DNA from: an uncultured SAR86 cluster bacterium
GTDB lineage: Bacteria > Pseudomonadota > Gammaproteobacteria > Magnimaribacterales > D2472
Direction: 5' to 3'
DNA: 64,000 nucleotides
NCBI GenBank assembly: GCA_902558375.1
Contig: CACEDQ010000006.1
Location: forward strand, 634-64,633
The notes beneath the pieces were generated by a model. The model saw only the letters and a program-made list of their open reading frames with translations, did not search any database and had not been told where the DNA came from. Each line of letters opens with the position of its first letter. Within the stretch, counting starts at the first letter, position 1. The translations under genes and the position numbers were made by a program. This document shows, piece by piece, positions 29,511 to 38,646 of the stretch.

Positions 29511-29852
29511 ATGAGATCAATAATATGCACTTTCTTATTTGTTTTTAGTTTCAGTGTTTATGCTGAATTTGATACTAAATGTTCAGTTCTAATTACCAAA
29601 AGACTTCAATCATCAGAGGATGCCTATAAAGATGCTTTAATTAAAATTAATTCTTGCAATAAGTATGATATTTTGTCAGTTACAAGCTTTCTTGAAGAAC
29701 CAATAAGCAAAGTATATTTAACAGATCTAATACAAACCTACTGTATGTTTGATCATCAAATTATTACTTTAATTGATACTAATACAAGTAATATGAGCTG
29801 TGTTCATAGAGGTCAAGCTCGCATTGAAAGAAAGTTTAATTCAATTAAATAG
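29511..29852 (+). CDS. Hypothetical secreted Cys-containing protein
   Basis: Signal peptide 'MRSIICTFLFVFSFSVYA' and four Cys in the mature part. I recognise no family. Confidence 0.45.
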   Translation: MRSIICTFLFVFSFSVYAEFDTKCSVLITKRLQSSEDAYKDALIKINSCNKYDILSVTSFLEEPISKVYLTDLIQTYCMFDHQIITLIDTNTSNMSCVHRGQARIERKFNSIK

Positions 29853-29964
29853 TTATTGTTACGTAAAGTTAACAATAAGTTTCAAAGCCTTAATATAAAA
29901 GTCTTATAAAACCAGTTTAATAATCGTTGAAAGTACTCCTCGATGCACAATGAATACTTTCATT

Positions 29965-29994
29965 GATAGCAGGTTTTCCCCTGAACCTGCTATC
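29965..29994. repeat. Perfect 11-bp inverted repeat (stem-loop) between convergent genes
   Basis: GATAGCAGGTT-ttcccctg-AACCTGCTATC. There is no U-tract on either strand, so it is not a canonical intrinsic terminator. Confidence 0.5.
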
Positions 29995-30000
29995 AAAATT

Positions 30001-30381
30001 TTAGATATAAAGATTACAACCCATACAGACTAAAACTATTATTGATGGTAACCATATTATTGGTCTAATCATTTTAAATCTGTATAAATCAGCCATTGCT
30101 CCAAGTAAGTACAAAATTCTCAGACCTAACCATATTTGAGCTAGCATTAAATTATCAACTTCTAAAATAACTGACAATACAGCTAAAACCATGAATATTG
30201 GTAGAGATTGTCTTAAATTATCTCCAGCAGAAGCCATCCTTTCAGATAAAGCTGTCTTACCTGATATGTCACCGCCAGTATATGTCCACTGAATAAATGG
30301 CACCTTGTGAAGCGAAAAGCTCATTACCAAAAACAAGTGCAAAATGTAAAACATAACTACACATATAATTAGATTTGTCAT
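30001..30381 (-). CDS. MAPEG family membrane protein (membrane GST-like)
   Basis: 126 aa with 4 TM helices. The central segment 'AGDNLRQSLPIF' resembles the MAPEG 'N..E..P.F' motif. Confidence 0.55.
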   Translation of the reverse strand: MTNLIICVVMFYILHLFLVMSFSLHKVPFIQWTYTGGDISGKTALSERMASAGDNLRQSLPIFMVLAVLSVILEVDNLMLAQIWLGLRILYLLGAMADLYRFKMIRPIIWLPSIIVLVCMGCNLYI

Positions 30382-30445
30382 ATTAATTCCCTATTAGTTA
30401 ACAACTTAATATAAATACTTTTAATATTAGTTTCAATTAATAGTT

Positions 30446-32473
30446 CTAAGAATTTATTAAATCAATATCTTCTTGTTTTAGTAAACTATTATCAACTGTC
30501 TCAAGAAGTGGTTTTAAATGCTTTGCATATGGCTTCCATCTGTCCATACCCTTCTTATTTATTGGTTGTCTTACTTGTTCAGAACTTGCTGTTCTGACTG
30601 ACCTTTTAGTTTCATGAAATGAAACACAAGAATCTTCAAATGGAACTTCAATAAACTTAAGAATACGCTTTACCTGTCCCTCTAGATCATCAATAACATC
30701 TTCATTATTAACTCTCAAAATCTTACCAGGTAAGACATCATCCCAATGGTTCATAAGTTTTACATAGCTGTTGTAATAACTTCCAGCTTCTTTTAATCCA
30801 TATGAAAACTCTTGTCCTTGTGCAAATAATTGCTTGAACATACTAAAACAACAGTCAAGAGGATAACGTCTTGCATCAATTATTTTTGCATTAGGCATAA
30901 TTAAATGAATTAAGCCTATATGTCTGAAGTTATTAGGCATTTTATCAGTAAACATTGGTGCTCCATCTCTGTGCATCATAGTTTCATCTATAAAAGATTT
31001 ACCCATTTGATATCGTTGATCAGAGGTAAAACTAGACATAATTTTTGGATATTTTCCTGATTTACCGTAAATATCTTCACCTCTTAAGCTTTGAGCCAAA
31101 GATAGAATATTAGGCAACTCAAGAGTTCCATCTATCATTGAATGTGATGCTAAAATTTGTTCTATTAGTGTTGATCCAGCTCTAGGTAATCCAAGAATAA
31201 AGATAGGATCTTTTGTATCATAGCCACCATCACTTAAAGTTTTAAAGAATTCTTTATCACATACATCAATTTGAGCTTGAAGTTCATTATCCATTCTTTC
31301 TATAGAATATTTACTTTGTTCTCTTTTTATTTCATTACCTCTATTTAAGTGATAAAAAGCTTCATTAAATTCTCCTTTTGATTCTAGTGCTTGTGATAAT
31401 GCAAAATGGAAATAAACCTTTTCTTTTAACGATAGATCTACTCGATTTAACTGTTTATCAATAATCTCTATTTCATCATCAGTAAAGGAATAGGTTTTAA
31501 GGTTAGATAATGAAAAAAAAGCTTCACCATGATCAGGTTTTATGTTGAATGCACTTCTGTAACTTTCAATAGCTTCATCAGTTTTTCCTAGGGTTTTTTG
31601 GGCATGTCCTCTTGATGTAAAAGAACTAAAATTATATGGATTCATTTTAATTAAGTCATTAAACAAATCTATGGCTTTCTCATGCTCTCCGTTTTGCATG
31701 AGCTCACTTCCTCTTTGAGCTTGATAATTTATGTTATCCGGAAATTTTTCGCACAAGATATTTACTTGATTCATAGTTTCAGAAAATTTTTGTTTTTTTC
31801 TGAGGACCATAGCGTATTTCATCCTTAACTCACCATCATTTGGTTCAAATTCAACCGCTTTACTAAGCAAAGTTTCTGCATCATCAAAATAACCAAGTCT
31901 ATTTGCAATTTCAGCTAATTGTGACATTCCATATGTATGGGTAGGATTTCTTTTAAGAAATTCTCTACATCTTTTTTCAGCTATACCTAACCTACCTTCG
32001 TTCATTATTTGGTCTATATATAAAAGAGTGCTTGGAAGTGATTTAAGTTTGTTTATTTGCTCTAAGGAGTGTTTAGCTGCAAGTTTATTCCCCTGTTTAA
32101 CAAAAAATTCGTGCAAAGATGACCACGATGCCATTAGAGCTGGATTTAGTTCACAGGCCTGTCTATATGCAGCTATAGCTTTATCATCATTTTTCATTGC
32201 TTTGTTAATATGACCAAGTTCTTGATAAGCTCTAGCCATATCTGGAGCTATAATTAATAGTTGTTCAATATATTTATAAGACTCATCTAATAAGTTTAAA
32301 TATCTTGCTGAAACAGCTGAAAGATATAAAGCATCAATATGATCAGGATTATCATGTAGAGTAATTTTTAACAATCTTAAAGCATCATCGAATCTACCCT
32401 CTTTGATTGCTTGAGTAGCCTCATTGATATCTACTGTTAATGATGAATCATTTGTATTATTTTTATTGTTCAT
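30446..32473 (-). CDS. TPR-repeat protein fused to a PAPS-type sulfotransferase domain
   Basis: The N-terminal ~400 aa carry multiple 34-aa TPR-like repeats. The C-terminal part has a 5'-PSB-like 'LGLPRAGSTLIEQIL' and a 3'-PB-like 'DARRYPLDCCFS'. There is no signal peptide. Confidence 0.85.
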   Translation of the reverse strand: MNNKNNTNDSSLTVDINEATQAIKEGRFDDALRLLKITLHDNPDHIDALYLSAVSARYLNLLDESYKYIEQLLIIAPDMARAYQELGHINKAMKNDDKAIAAYRQACELNPALMASWSSLHEFFVKQGNKLAAKHSLEQINKLKSLPSTLLYIDQIMNEGRLGIAEKRCREFLKRNPTHTYGMSQLAEIANRLGYFDDAETLLSKAVEFEPNDGELRMKYAMVLRKKQKFSETMNQVNILCEKFPDNINYQAQRGSELMQNGEHEKAIDLFNDLIKMNPYNFSSFTSRGHAQKTLGKTDEAIESYRSAFNIKPDHGEAFFSLSNLKTYSFTDDEIEIIDKQLNRVDLSLKEKVYFHFALSQALESKGEFNEAFYHLNRGNEIKREQSKYSIERMDNELQAQIDVCDKEFFKTLSDGGYDTKDPIFILGLPRAGSTLIEQILASHSMIDGTLELPNILSLAQSLRGEDIYGKSGKYPKIMSSFTSDQRYQMGKSFIDETMMHRDGAPMFTDKMPNNFRHIGLIHLIMPNAKIIDARRYPLDCCFSMFKQLFAQGQEFSYGLKEAGSYYNSYVKLMNHWDDVLPGKILRVNNEDVIDDLEGQVKRILKFIEVPFEDSCVSFHETKRSVRTASSEQVRQPINKKGMDRWKPYAKHLKPLLETVDNSLLKQEDIDLINS

Positions 32474-32496
32474 AAGGTTATATATTGAACATTATA

Positions 32497-32530
32497 AATA
32501 AAAAAGGGAGCCTGAGCTCCCTTTAGTTTT
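32497..32530 (-). terminator. Rho-independent terminator downstream of the TonB-dependent receptor gene
   Basis: 9-bp stem AAAGGGAGC/GCTCCCTTT with a 4-nt loop. It is followed on the minus strand by a TTTTTTATTT run. Confidence 0.7.
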
Positions 32531-32544
32531 TATGCTATTTAAGA

Positions 32545-35103
32545 TTAAAAGCTTCTTTTGTATCTTAAACCCAGTGTTCTAGGCTTAATTATGCTTACTC
32601 TTTGTCTATCAAAGACAAAAGTATTACTGATTTCAGCTCTTTGATCTGTAACATTATCAATGTATAACTCAGCTGACCAGTCATCATTACTCATACCATA
32701 TCTGATATTAATAAAATGATGAGCGCTTTGAACAGCTTTGTTAGGCTCCATTATGTCAGAGAAACTCTTTTGAGATCTTGCCATTTGTAGTTGCCAATGA
32801 CCAGTATTTCCTGAGGACATTCCCCATTCTTTTCTAGCACTTACGTTAGCTTGAAAACCTGGTGCAAAAGCTAAATCAGCTCCCACAACTACGTCAGCTG
32901 TCGGAACAAGGCTTTTGGTAATTTCGGTATCAAGAGATGAAAAAGCACCTGATAATACAAGGCCATCTACATTTGTATAGTAAACAAAATCGCCTTCAAA
33001 ACCTCTGATCTCTGCATCAGCAGCATTATCAGAGAAGAATAAGTTAACAATACTAGGGTCAAAGACTGTACTTTGAAGACCTGATATATCAACCATGAAT
33101 GCACTACCATTAAATCTTAGCTGACCATCAACTAATACTGTCTTCCAACCAAATTCATAGTTGGTAACTTCATCGGTATCAACCTCAGCTTTAACAGTAT
33201 AGGTTCCAGTTGGGTTTGTAGCTCCAACAGGTCTATTTAATAAGCCCGGTCTAAAACCTTCGGACCATGTAAGATAATACATTACATCTTCACTAGGATT
33301 CCAAGATAAAGTAGCCTTACCGATTACACCATCTGTTTCAGCTTTATCTGGATAACCGTTTGGATTATTAGGTCCATACTGAGTAGATAAGTTAGCACCA
33401 CAACATGTGGATTCAGTTGCAGCATTGAAGTTATAGAATGATGAGTTAGCACTACCCTCTAAATCAACAGCTATATCATACCAACGTGCACCAACTGTTA
33501 ACTCCATAGTATCTGAAAGATCTACATTAACTTCACCAAAGACACCTTTTTGTTCATCGGTACGTTTAATATCATTCCAGAAAATAATTGGAGCTGTAAA
33601 TGGTCCAGGCACAGAGTACCAACCAGCACCGGTATTACCACCAGTAGTTCCTGCTTGAGGATTTGTATGTGGGTAATTTGGTGCCCAACCCGTAACACCA
33701 GACCAACCTATGTTTTTAGTTGAACCTGGATATGTAAAGAAATTTAATTCTGTAAGCTCAAGATCACTGAAAAATGCACCAGCAGTAACAGTCATAGTGT
33801 CACTTATTGGAGCATTAACTCTAAACTCATGAGTTACTACTTCAGTGTTAGTTGTTGAGTCTACAAATAAATTTGGAGCCTGACATGTACCAGCAGGACC
33901 TGCTGCTCCTGGATATGTTACAGAACCATCACAAATGTAATATGGTAAATACTGACCTACAAAAAGATAATCAGTATAGTCTACAATTTGATCAGTAGCT
34001 CTGTCTGTATATGCACCAGCATAAACAACTTCAAGATCTCCAATTGAGCCGTTAAGAGTAACACTCATATTGTCGTATTCGTCCTCAATTGTATCTTCAG
34101 AGTACCTTTGAATCTGCATATCATCTGTGTCTAATGTTGGATCAACAAAGAAGACACCATCAGCATCGATTGTCTGTTGAGCAACAGTAACTAGTGCATC
34201 CCAATCATCATTAATTTCATGAGCAATACTAGCTCTAAAACCTTCATAAGTAACAGGGTTAGCATTTTCTCTTTCTATCGCATTAGCATTAATTAAATTA
34301 ACATTAGATAAATTTGCTCCTGCTTGGAAACCACCTCTTGATGGACCCACAGGAAGACCATTTTCTCTTACCGTACCAGCTGTTCTAAATCTAGCTGATT
34401 GACTTGCATTTAATGTGCCAGCAACTTGGTCTATATAACCACCTCTTTTATCTGTATAAGCAACAAATCTTAATGCAGAAGATGAGCCTAAAGGTACATT
34501 GGTTACAAACTCAAGCTTGCCGCCCTCATCGCCACCAGATGTAAATCTTGATTCTAATTCAATAGAACTAGATTGTTCACCAATAACAGGTTTGTTTGTA
34601 ATCATTCTTACAACACCTGCTTGAGAACTAGCACCAAAAAGTGTTCCTTGTGGACCAGATAGAACCTCAATACGTGCAATATCAGCTGCATATACATCTA
34701 AGTTTCTGCCTGGTTGAGCTAAAGGTTGCTCATCAAGATAAAATGAAACATTTGGTGTTAATCCAGCAACACCAGCTGTAGTAAGGTTCGGAGTTGTCGA
34801 AGCTAGACCTCTAATATAGATCGTGCTTTGACCAGGTCCAGACCCCCCAGCAGTAACACCTGGTAATTGAAGTAAATAATCTTCAAAGACATTGATACCT
34901 CTTTCTTCAAGAGTTTCTTCTCTCAAAGCAGATACAGATACGGGAACATCTTGAAGACTCTCAGCCTTCTTCCTTGCTGTAACAACAATTTCTTCAACTG
35001 TTGCCTGACTTTGCCCAGCAACAATACCACTAAAAGCAGCAGTATTAACTAGAGCAAGCGCAGATAAGGAAGGTAGTATTTTATTTTGTTTATATTTGAA
35101 CAT
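32545..35103 (-). CDS. TonB-dependent outer-membrane receptor
   Basis: Signal peptide, TonB-box-like 'EEIVVTA', plug motifs and a long beta-barrel. The C-terminus ends '...LRYKRSF' with an aromatic residue. Confidence 0.9.
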   Translation of the reverse strand: MFKYKQNKILPSLSALALVNTAAFSGIVAGQSQATVEEIVVTARKKAESLQDVPVSVSALREETLEERGINVFEDYLLQLPGVTAGGSGPGQSTIYIRGLASTTPNLTTAGVAGLTPNVSFYLDEQPLAQPGRNLDVYAADIARIEVLSGPQGTLFGASSQAGVVRMITNKPVIGEQSSSIELESRFTSGGDEGGKLEFVTNVPLGSSSALRFVAYTDKRGGYIDQVAGTLNASQSARFRTAGTVRENGLPVGPSRGGFQAGANLSNVNLINANAIERENANPVTYEGFRASIAHEINDDWDALVTVAQQTIDADGVFFVDPTLDTDDMQIQRYSEDTIEDEYDNMSVTLNGSIGDLEVVYAGAYTDRATDQIVDYTDYLFVGQYLPYYICDGSVTYPGAAGPAGTCQAPNLFVDSTTNTEVVTHEFRVNAPISDTMTVTAGAFFSDLELTELNFFTYPGSTKNIGWSGVTGWAPNYPHTNPQAGTTGGNTGAGWYSVPGPFTAPIIFWNDIKRTDEQKGVFGEVNVDLSDTMELTVGARWYDIAVDLEGSANSSFYNFNAATESTCCGANLSTQYGPNNPNGYPDKAETDGVIGKATLSWNPSEDVMYYLTWSEGFRPGLLNRPVGATNPTGTYTVKAEVDTDEVTNYEFGWKTVLVDGQLRFNGSAFMVDISGLQSTVFDPSIVNLFFSDNAADAEIRGFEGDFVYYTNVDGLVLSGAFSSLDTEITKSLVPTADVVVGADLAFAPGFQANVSARKEWGMSSGNTGHWQLQMARSQKSFSDIMEPNKAVQSAHHFINIRYGMSNDDWSAELYIDNVTDQRAEISNTFVFDRQRVSIIKPRTLGLRYKRSF

Positions 35104-35339
35104 AATAAATTCCTTTATATAAGTTAAAGAAATTGCAAATAAACAATGCTTAGGTATCCCCTAGTTTTTCCCCCAGAGAAGTTTAGCTTTGTTTATAGAC
35201 CAGCAATTTCAGTAAATCGGTCTTGTTTATTATGATACCAGCTTAAAAGAAGGATGCAAATTTAAATGGTTTTAGTATTTTCTAGAAAAAGTTAATGATT
35301 TATGTTTCACTTGGAGGTCTATAAAAGAAAAACTAACCA

Positions 35340-36818
35340 ATGAACAATCTCAATAAACCTAGATTTCTCCTATCAGTATTATTTTTATCAACAATAACAG
35401 CAATTGTTTTTACAAATCTTGAGTCATCTTCGCATTTTTTTAAAAGCACCCAGATTGCTATTTCAGAATCACTTGGTTGGTTTATTATCCTTACAGCCAA
35501 TGGCTTTCTAATATTTTCTACTTATTTAGCATTTACAAGATTTAAAAATATAAGATTAGGTGGAGCTAATGCTGTGCCAGCATATTCTTACTCTAACTGG
35601 ATAGCTATGTTATTTAGCGCAGGCTTAGGTATTGGTTTATTGTTTTATGGCGTTGCTGAACCTATCGGAAATCTAAATGATTATCCCGAAATGACTGATG
35701 ATCTCTCATATAATGCAGGTAAAGCTCTTAGCTTAACTAATTTGCATTGGGGTCTTCATGGTTGGGCAGTTTATGCAGCATTAGGACTATGTTTTGCTTT
35801 TGCTTCATACAACAGAAACAAAGCATTTAGAGTTAGCTCTTTACTCGGCTCTTCTGTAGAAGAAAATAAGCCTTTAGCTGCTTTGATAGATATTATTGCA
35901 ATTCTGACTACAATTATTGGCATTGCGACCTCACTGGGTCTTGGAGCTTCTCAGATAAATGGAGGTTTGGACTACGTTTTTGATATAAAGATAAATGAAT
36001 TTATTATCATTATATTTATTACTCTTCTAGGTTTAATAAGTGTTTGTCTAGGACTGGACAATGGTATTAAAAGGCTTTCTCAAATTAACATGGTTATTGC
36101 CATCTCTTTAGTTGCCGGTGTCTTATTAATAGGACCAACTGTTTTTATTCTTAATGCTATGGTTCAAAATGCTGGGCTATACATTAATGAAATATTAAGC
36201 CTATCAACATGGACAGAGGCATATAATGACTCGATCTATCAAAATGGATATACACTCTTCTATTTTACTTGGTGGTTTGCGTGGGCTCCTTTTGTATCTT
36301 TATTTATAGCTAGAATATCTTACGGAAGAACAATTAAAGAATTTATTATAGGTGTATTGTTTGTTCCTTCACTGATTGTGTTTATTTGGATGGGTATTTT
36401 TGGTAACTCAGCAATGTATCTTATTATAAATAATATTTCAGACATTGGGGGTGCGGTAAGTCAAAATGCAAGTACTGCATTATTTGCTCTTTATGACACA
36501 ATGTCTTTTTCCTTTGGTTTTTCTTTAATATCTTTAATATTGATAGTTACTTTTTTTGTAACTTCTTCAGACTCAGGCGCTCTTGTGGCATCAATGCTTT
36601 CATCTAAAAAAGGAGCTGATATTGATGGAGACTCACCATTAATCTCTAGAATTACATGGGCGATACTTCTTGGTTTAGTTGCTGCTGTATTGTTAAAAGC
36701 TGGTGGGTTAGGTGCACTTCAGACTGCAGTAGTAATTTTTGGTATTCCTTTTTCTATTATTACTGCTTTTGCATGTAGAGAACTTTATAGAACTCTCAAA
36801 GATGAATCACAAAATTAA
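35340..36818 (+). CDS. BCCT family (betaine/carnitine/choline/DMSP-type) transporter
   Basis: Contains the signature 'GYTLFYFTWWFAWAPFVSLFIARISYGRTIKEF'. It has 12 TM helices and is 492 aa long. Confidence 0.9.
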   Translation: MNNLNKPRFLLSVLFLSTITAIVFTNLESSSHFFKSTQIAISESLGWFIILTANGFLIFSTYLAFTRFKNIRLGGANAVPAYSYSNWIAMLFSAGLGIGLLFYGVAEPIGNLNDYPEMTDDLSYNAGKALSLTNLHWGLHGWAVYAALGLCFAFASYNRNKAFRVSSLLGSSVEENKPLAALIDIIAILTTIIGIATSLGLGASQINGGLDYVFDIKINEFIIIIFITLLGLISVCLGLDNGIKRLSQINMVIAISLVAGVLLIGPTVFILNAMVQNAGLYINEILSLSTWTEAYNDSIYQNGYTLFYFTWWFAWAPFVSLFIARISYGRTIKEFIIGVLFVPSLIVFIWMGIFGNSAMYLIINNISDIGGAVSQNASTALFALYDTMSFSFGFSLISLILIVTFFVTSSDSGALVASMLSSKKGADIDGDSPLISRITWAILLGLVAAVLLKAGGLGALQTAVVIFGIPFSIITAFACRELYRTLKDESQN

Positions 36819-36970
36819 TTTATTTCGTTATCTATTTTTTTAAGTTCTTCCTCTGACATTTCATCTTCATAAATTAATTGATCATTTCTTTGATCAACCT
36901 TTTTTAATTTTTTGCTAATAATTAAAGCTATGACGACTAATATTAAAATTAAGCCTATTTGATATGACAT
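36815..36970 (-). CDS. Possible small membrane-anchored protein (51 aa); not in the ORF track
   Basis: MSYQIGLILILVVIALIISKKLKK... followed by an acidic tail. 'AGGAA' lies 7 nt upstream of the ATG. The stop overlaps the BCCT stop region by 4 nt. Confidence 0.3.
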   Translation of the reverse strand: MSYQIGLILILVVIALIISKKLKKVDQRNDQLIYEDEMSEEELKKIDNEIN

Positions 36971-37027
36971 ATTAATTTCCTGTATATAATTAATCTTTAT
37001 TTTATATTTTACACAATACAGTCATAT

Positions 37028-37579
37028 ATGGATGCAATAGACAATATTTTAAATAGAGTTTCAGCCAGAACATTAAAGAAACCTCACCCCACCGAAAATC
37101 AAATGAAAAAAGTTTTTAAGGGCGCATTACGAGCGCCTGATCATGCATGGTTAAGACCGAGTAGCTTTATTCAGGTCACAGGTGAAGGAATTGATAAATT
37201 GTCAGCAATATTTGAAGAATATGCAAAAACTATTCCGGATATCAAGGATGAAATAATTACAAAATATAAAAACGCTCCATATAGAGCACCGATGATAGTT
37301 ATTTTAGTTAATGCAATTAAAGAGCACCCCAAGGTTCCTGACATAGAACAAAAGCTATCTACTGCAGCCTCTGCACAAAACATACTGTTGTTATTAAATG
37401 CCCTTGGTTATTCAGCAATTTGGAGAACTGGTAAATTAGCATTTAATCCATTTGTAGCATCAAAACTCAATCTTGAAGCTAATCAAGAAATTCTAGGTTA
37501 TATATACATAGGAACAGCAGATGGACAGAACAAAAAAATACCAGAGTTAGATATTGAAGATTTTGTAAGTTATTTATAA
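37028..37579 (+). CDS. Nitroreductase family protein
   Basis: 183 aa. 'RVSARTLKKPHP' (the R-S-R motif region) and 'RAPDHAWLRP' are typical of NfnB/YdjA-like nitroreductases. Confidence 0.75.
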   Translation: MDAIDNILNRVSARTLKKPHPTENQMKKVFKGALRAPDHAWLRPSSFIQVTGEGIDKLSAIFEEYAKTIPDIKDEIITKYKNAPYRAPMIVILVNAIKEHPKVPDIEQKLSTAASAQNILLLLNALGYSAIWRTGKLAFNPFVASKLNLEANQEILGYIYIGTADGQNKKIPELDIEDFVSYL

Positions 37580-37951
37580 GTTATTTGTTTTATAAATATA
37601 AGCTGCGGTAAATGCCATAGATGTAAATATCAATTCGGAGATTAAGGATGCAACAGCTATTTGAGTGTCATAATTAATAGATGTTAGTACATTAAAAATT
37701 CCTGCAATTAAAAAAATAAGACCAGCACTAAATATCCATTGATACTGTTTAGTAATAAATGAAAGAATAGACATGATTGATGTACCAAGAAAAAAAGCAG
37801 TAAAGTCCCTAACTTGAGTATTTCTTGCATCCCCTTCCATATAAACCATGCTTAGAGATTGAGCAGCTGACTCAGGTGAAAAAATCCATTGCGCAGAAAT
37901 GATTCCAAGAACTATTGCAAGCAATATTGATAATGTATTAGCTATTTTCAT
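37574..37951 (-). CDS. Small 4-TM membrane protein (possibly DUF4345-like), paralog of the C-terminus of ORF 25908..26750
   Basis: 125 aa. Similarity to the larger protein is visible by eye (see that feature). The DUF4345 label is tentative. Confidence 0.55.
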   Translation of the reverse strand: MKIANTLSILLAIVLGIISAQWIFSPESAAQSLSMVYMEGDARNTQVRDFTAFFLGTSIMSILSFITKQYQWIFSAGLIFLIAGIFNVLTSINYDTQIAVASLISELIFTSMAFTAAYIYKTNNL

Positions 37952-38646
37952 AATAATATTTTTTTAACGTTCGGTAGGTTATTGTGAATGATTTCATTAT
38001 TATTGCAAACTACATGATGCGTATTAGTTTTATTCTTAAAAGAAACTGAAAATCTAGATTCATCATTAATTAAATGAAGTGCGCAATATCCTTCAATGGC
38101 TATACACTCATCAATATTTTTACCTTCTAGCATTTCCTTAACATAAGGTATTCTTTCTGGTTCTTCATCATAATGAGGACAACAAATACCTTTTACAAAA
38201 CCAAGACATGGAATGATGGCTTGGTGGTCTTTAAATGAATCAGTAATGCCTTTCTCAAACCAACATATTGCACCTGCGCTAACTCCACTCATAATAATAT
38301 TATTTTCATAAGCATTTTTTAAAATTGTATCTAACCCCCATTCTCTCCATACAGCTAACATACTTTTAGTATTACCCCCACCTACATATATTATGTCTTG
38401 TTCTAATATATGTGGCTCTAGGTCAATTGTTCTTTTGAAAAAATCAATATGTGATGTTATGCAATCTAAAGAGTCGAAAGCTTTATAAAAATTATCGATA
38501 TAACCTTGATCATCACCGGTTGCTGTAGGAATAAAACAAATTTTTGGTTTTGCTTTATTAGCTTGTTTTACTATATATTTTTCAATTTTAAGTTCGCCAA
38601 TCTCTCTACCAAATCCACCGCCACCAATTGCAATTATTTGCTTCAT
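37948..38646 (-). CDS. Peptidase S51 (dipeptidase E-like) / type-1 glutamine amidotransferase-like protein
   Basis: Contains 'IYVGGGNT' and the nucleophile motif 'MSGVSAGAICW'. Length is 232 aa. Confidence 0.7.
   Translation of the reverse strand: MKQIIAIGGGGFGREIGELKIEKYIVKQANKAKPKICFIPTATGDDQGYIDNFYKAFDSLDCITSHIDFFKRTIDLEPHILEQDIIYVGGGNTKSMLAVWREWGLDTILKNAYENNIIMSGVSAGAICWFEKGITDSFKDHQAIIPCLGFVKGICCPHYDEEPERIPYVKEMLEGKNIDECIAIEGYCALHLINDESRFSVSFKNKTNTHHVVCNNNEIIHNNLPNVKKILL

Noticed and set aside
35104-35339. A possible riboswitch or Fur box in the 236-nt divergent spacer between the TBDR and BCCT genes. It has a locally GC-richer stretch 'GGTATCCCCTAG...CCCCCAGAGAAG' and a 'TATCATAATAAAC'-like segment.
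   Set aside because: I could not match a B12 box, TPP core, glycine or other riboswitch core that I know. The Fur-like match is only partial. A covariance-model (Rfam) scan would be decisive.
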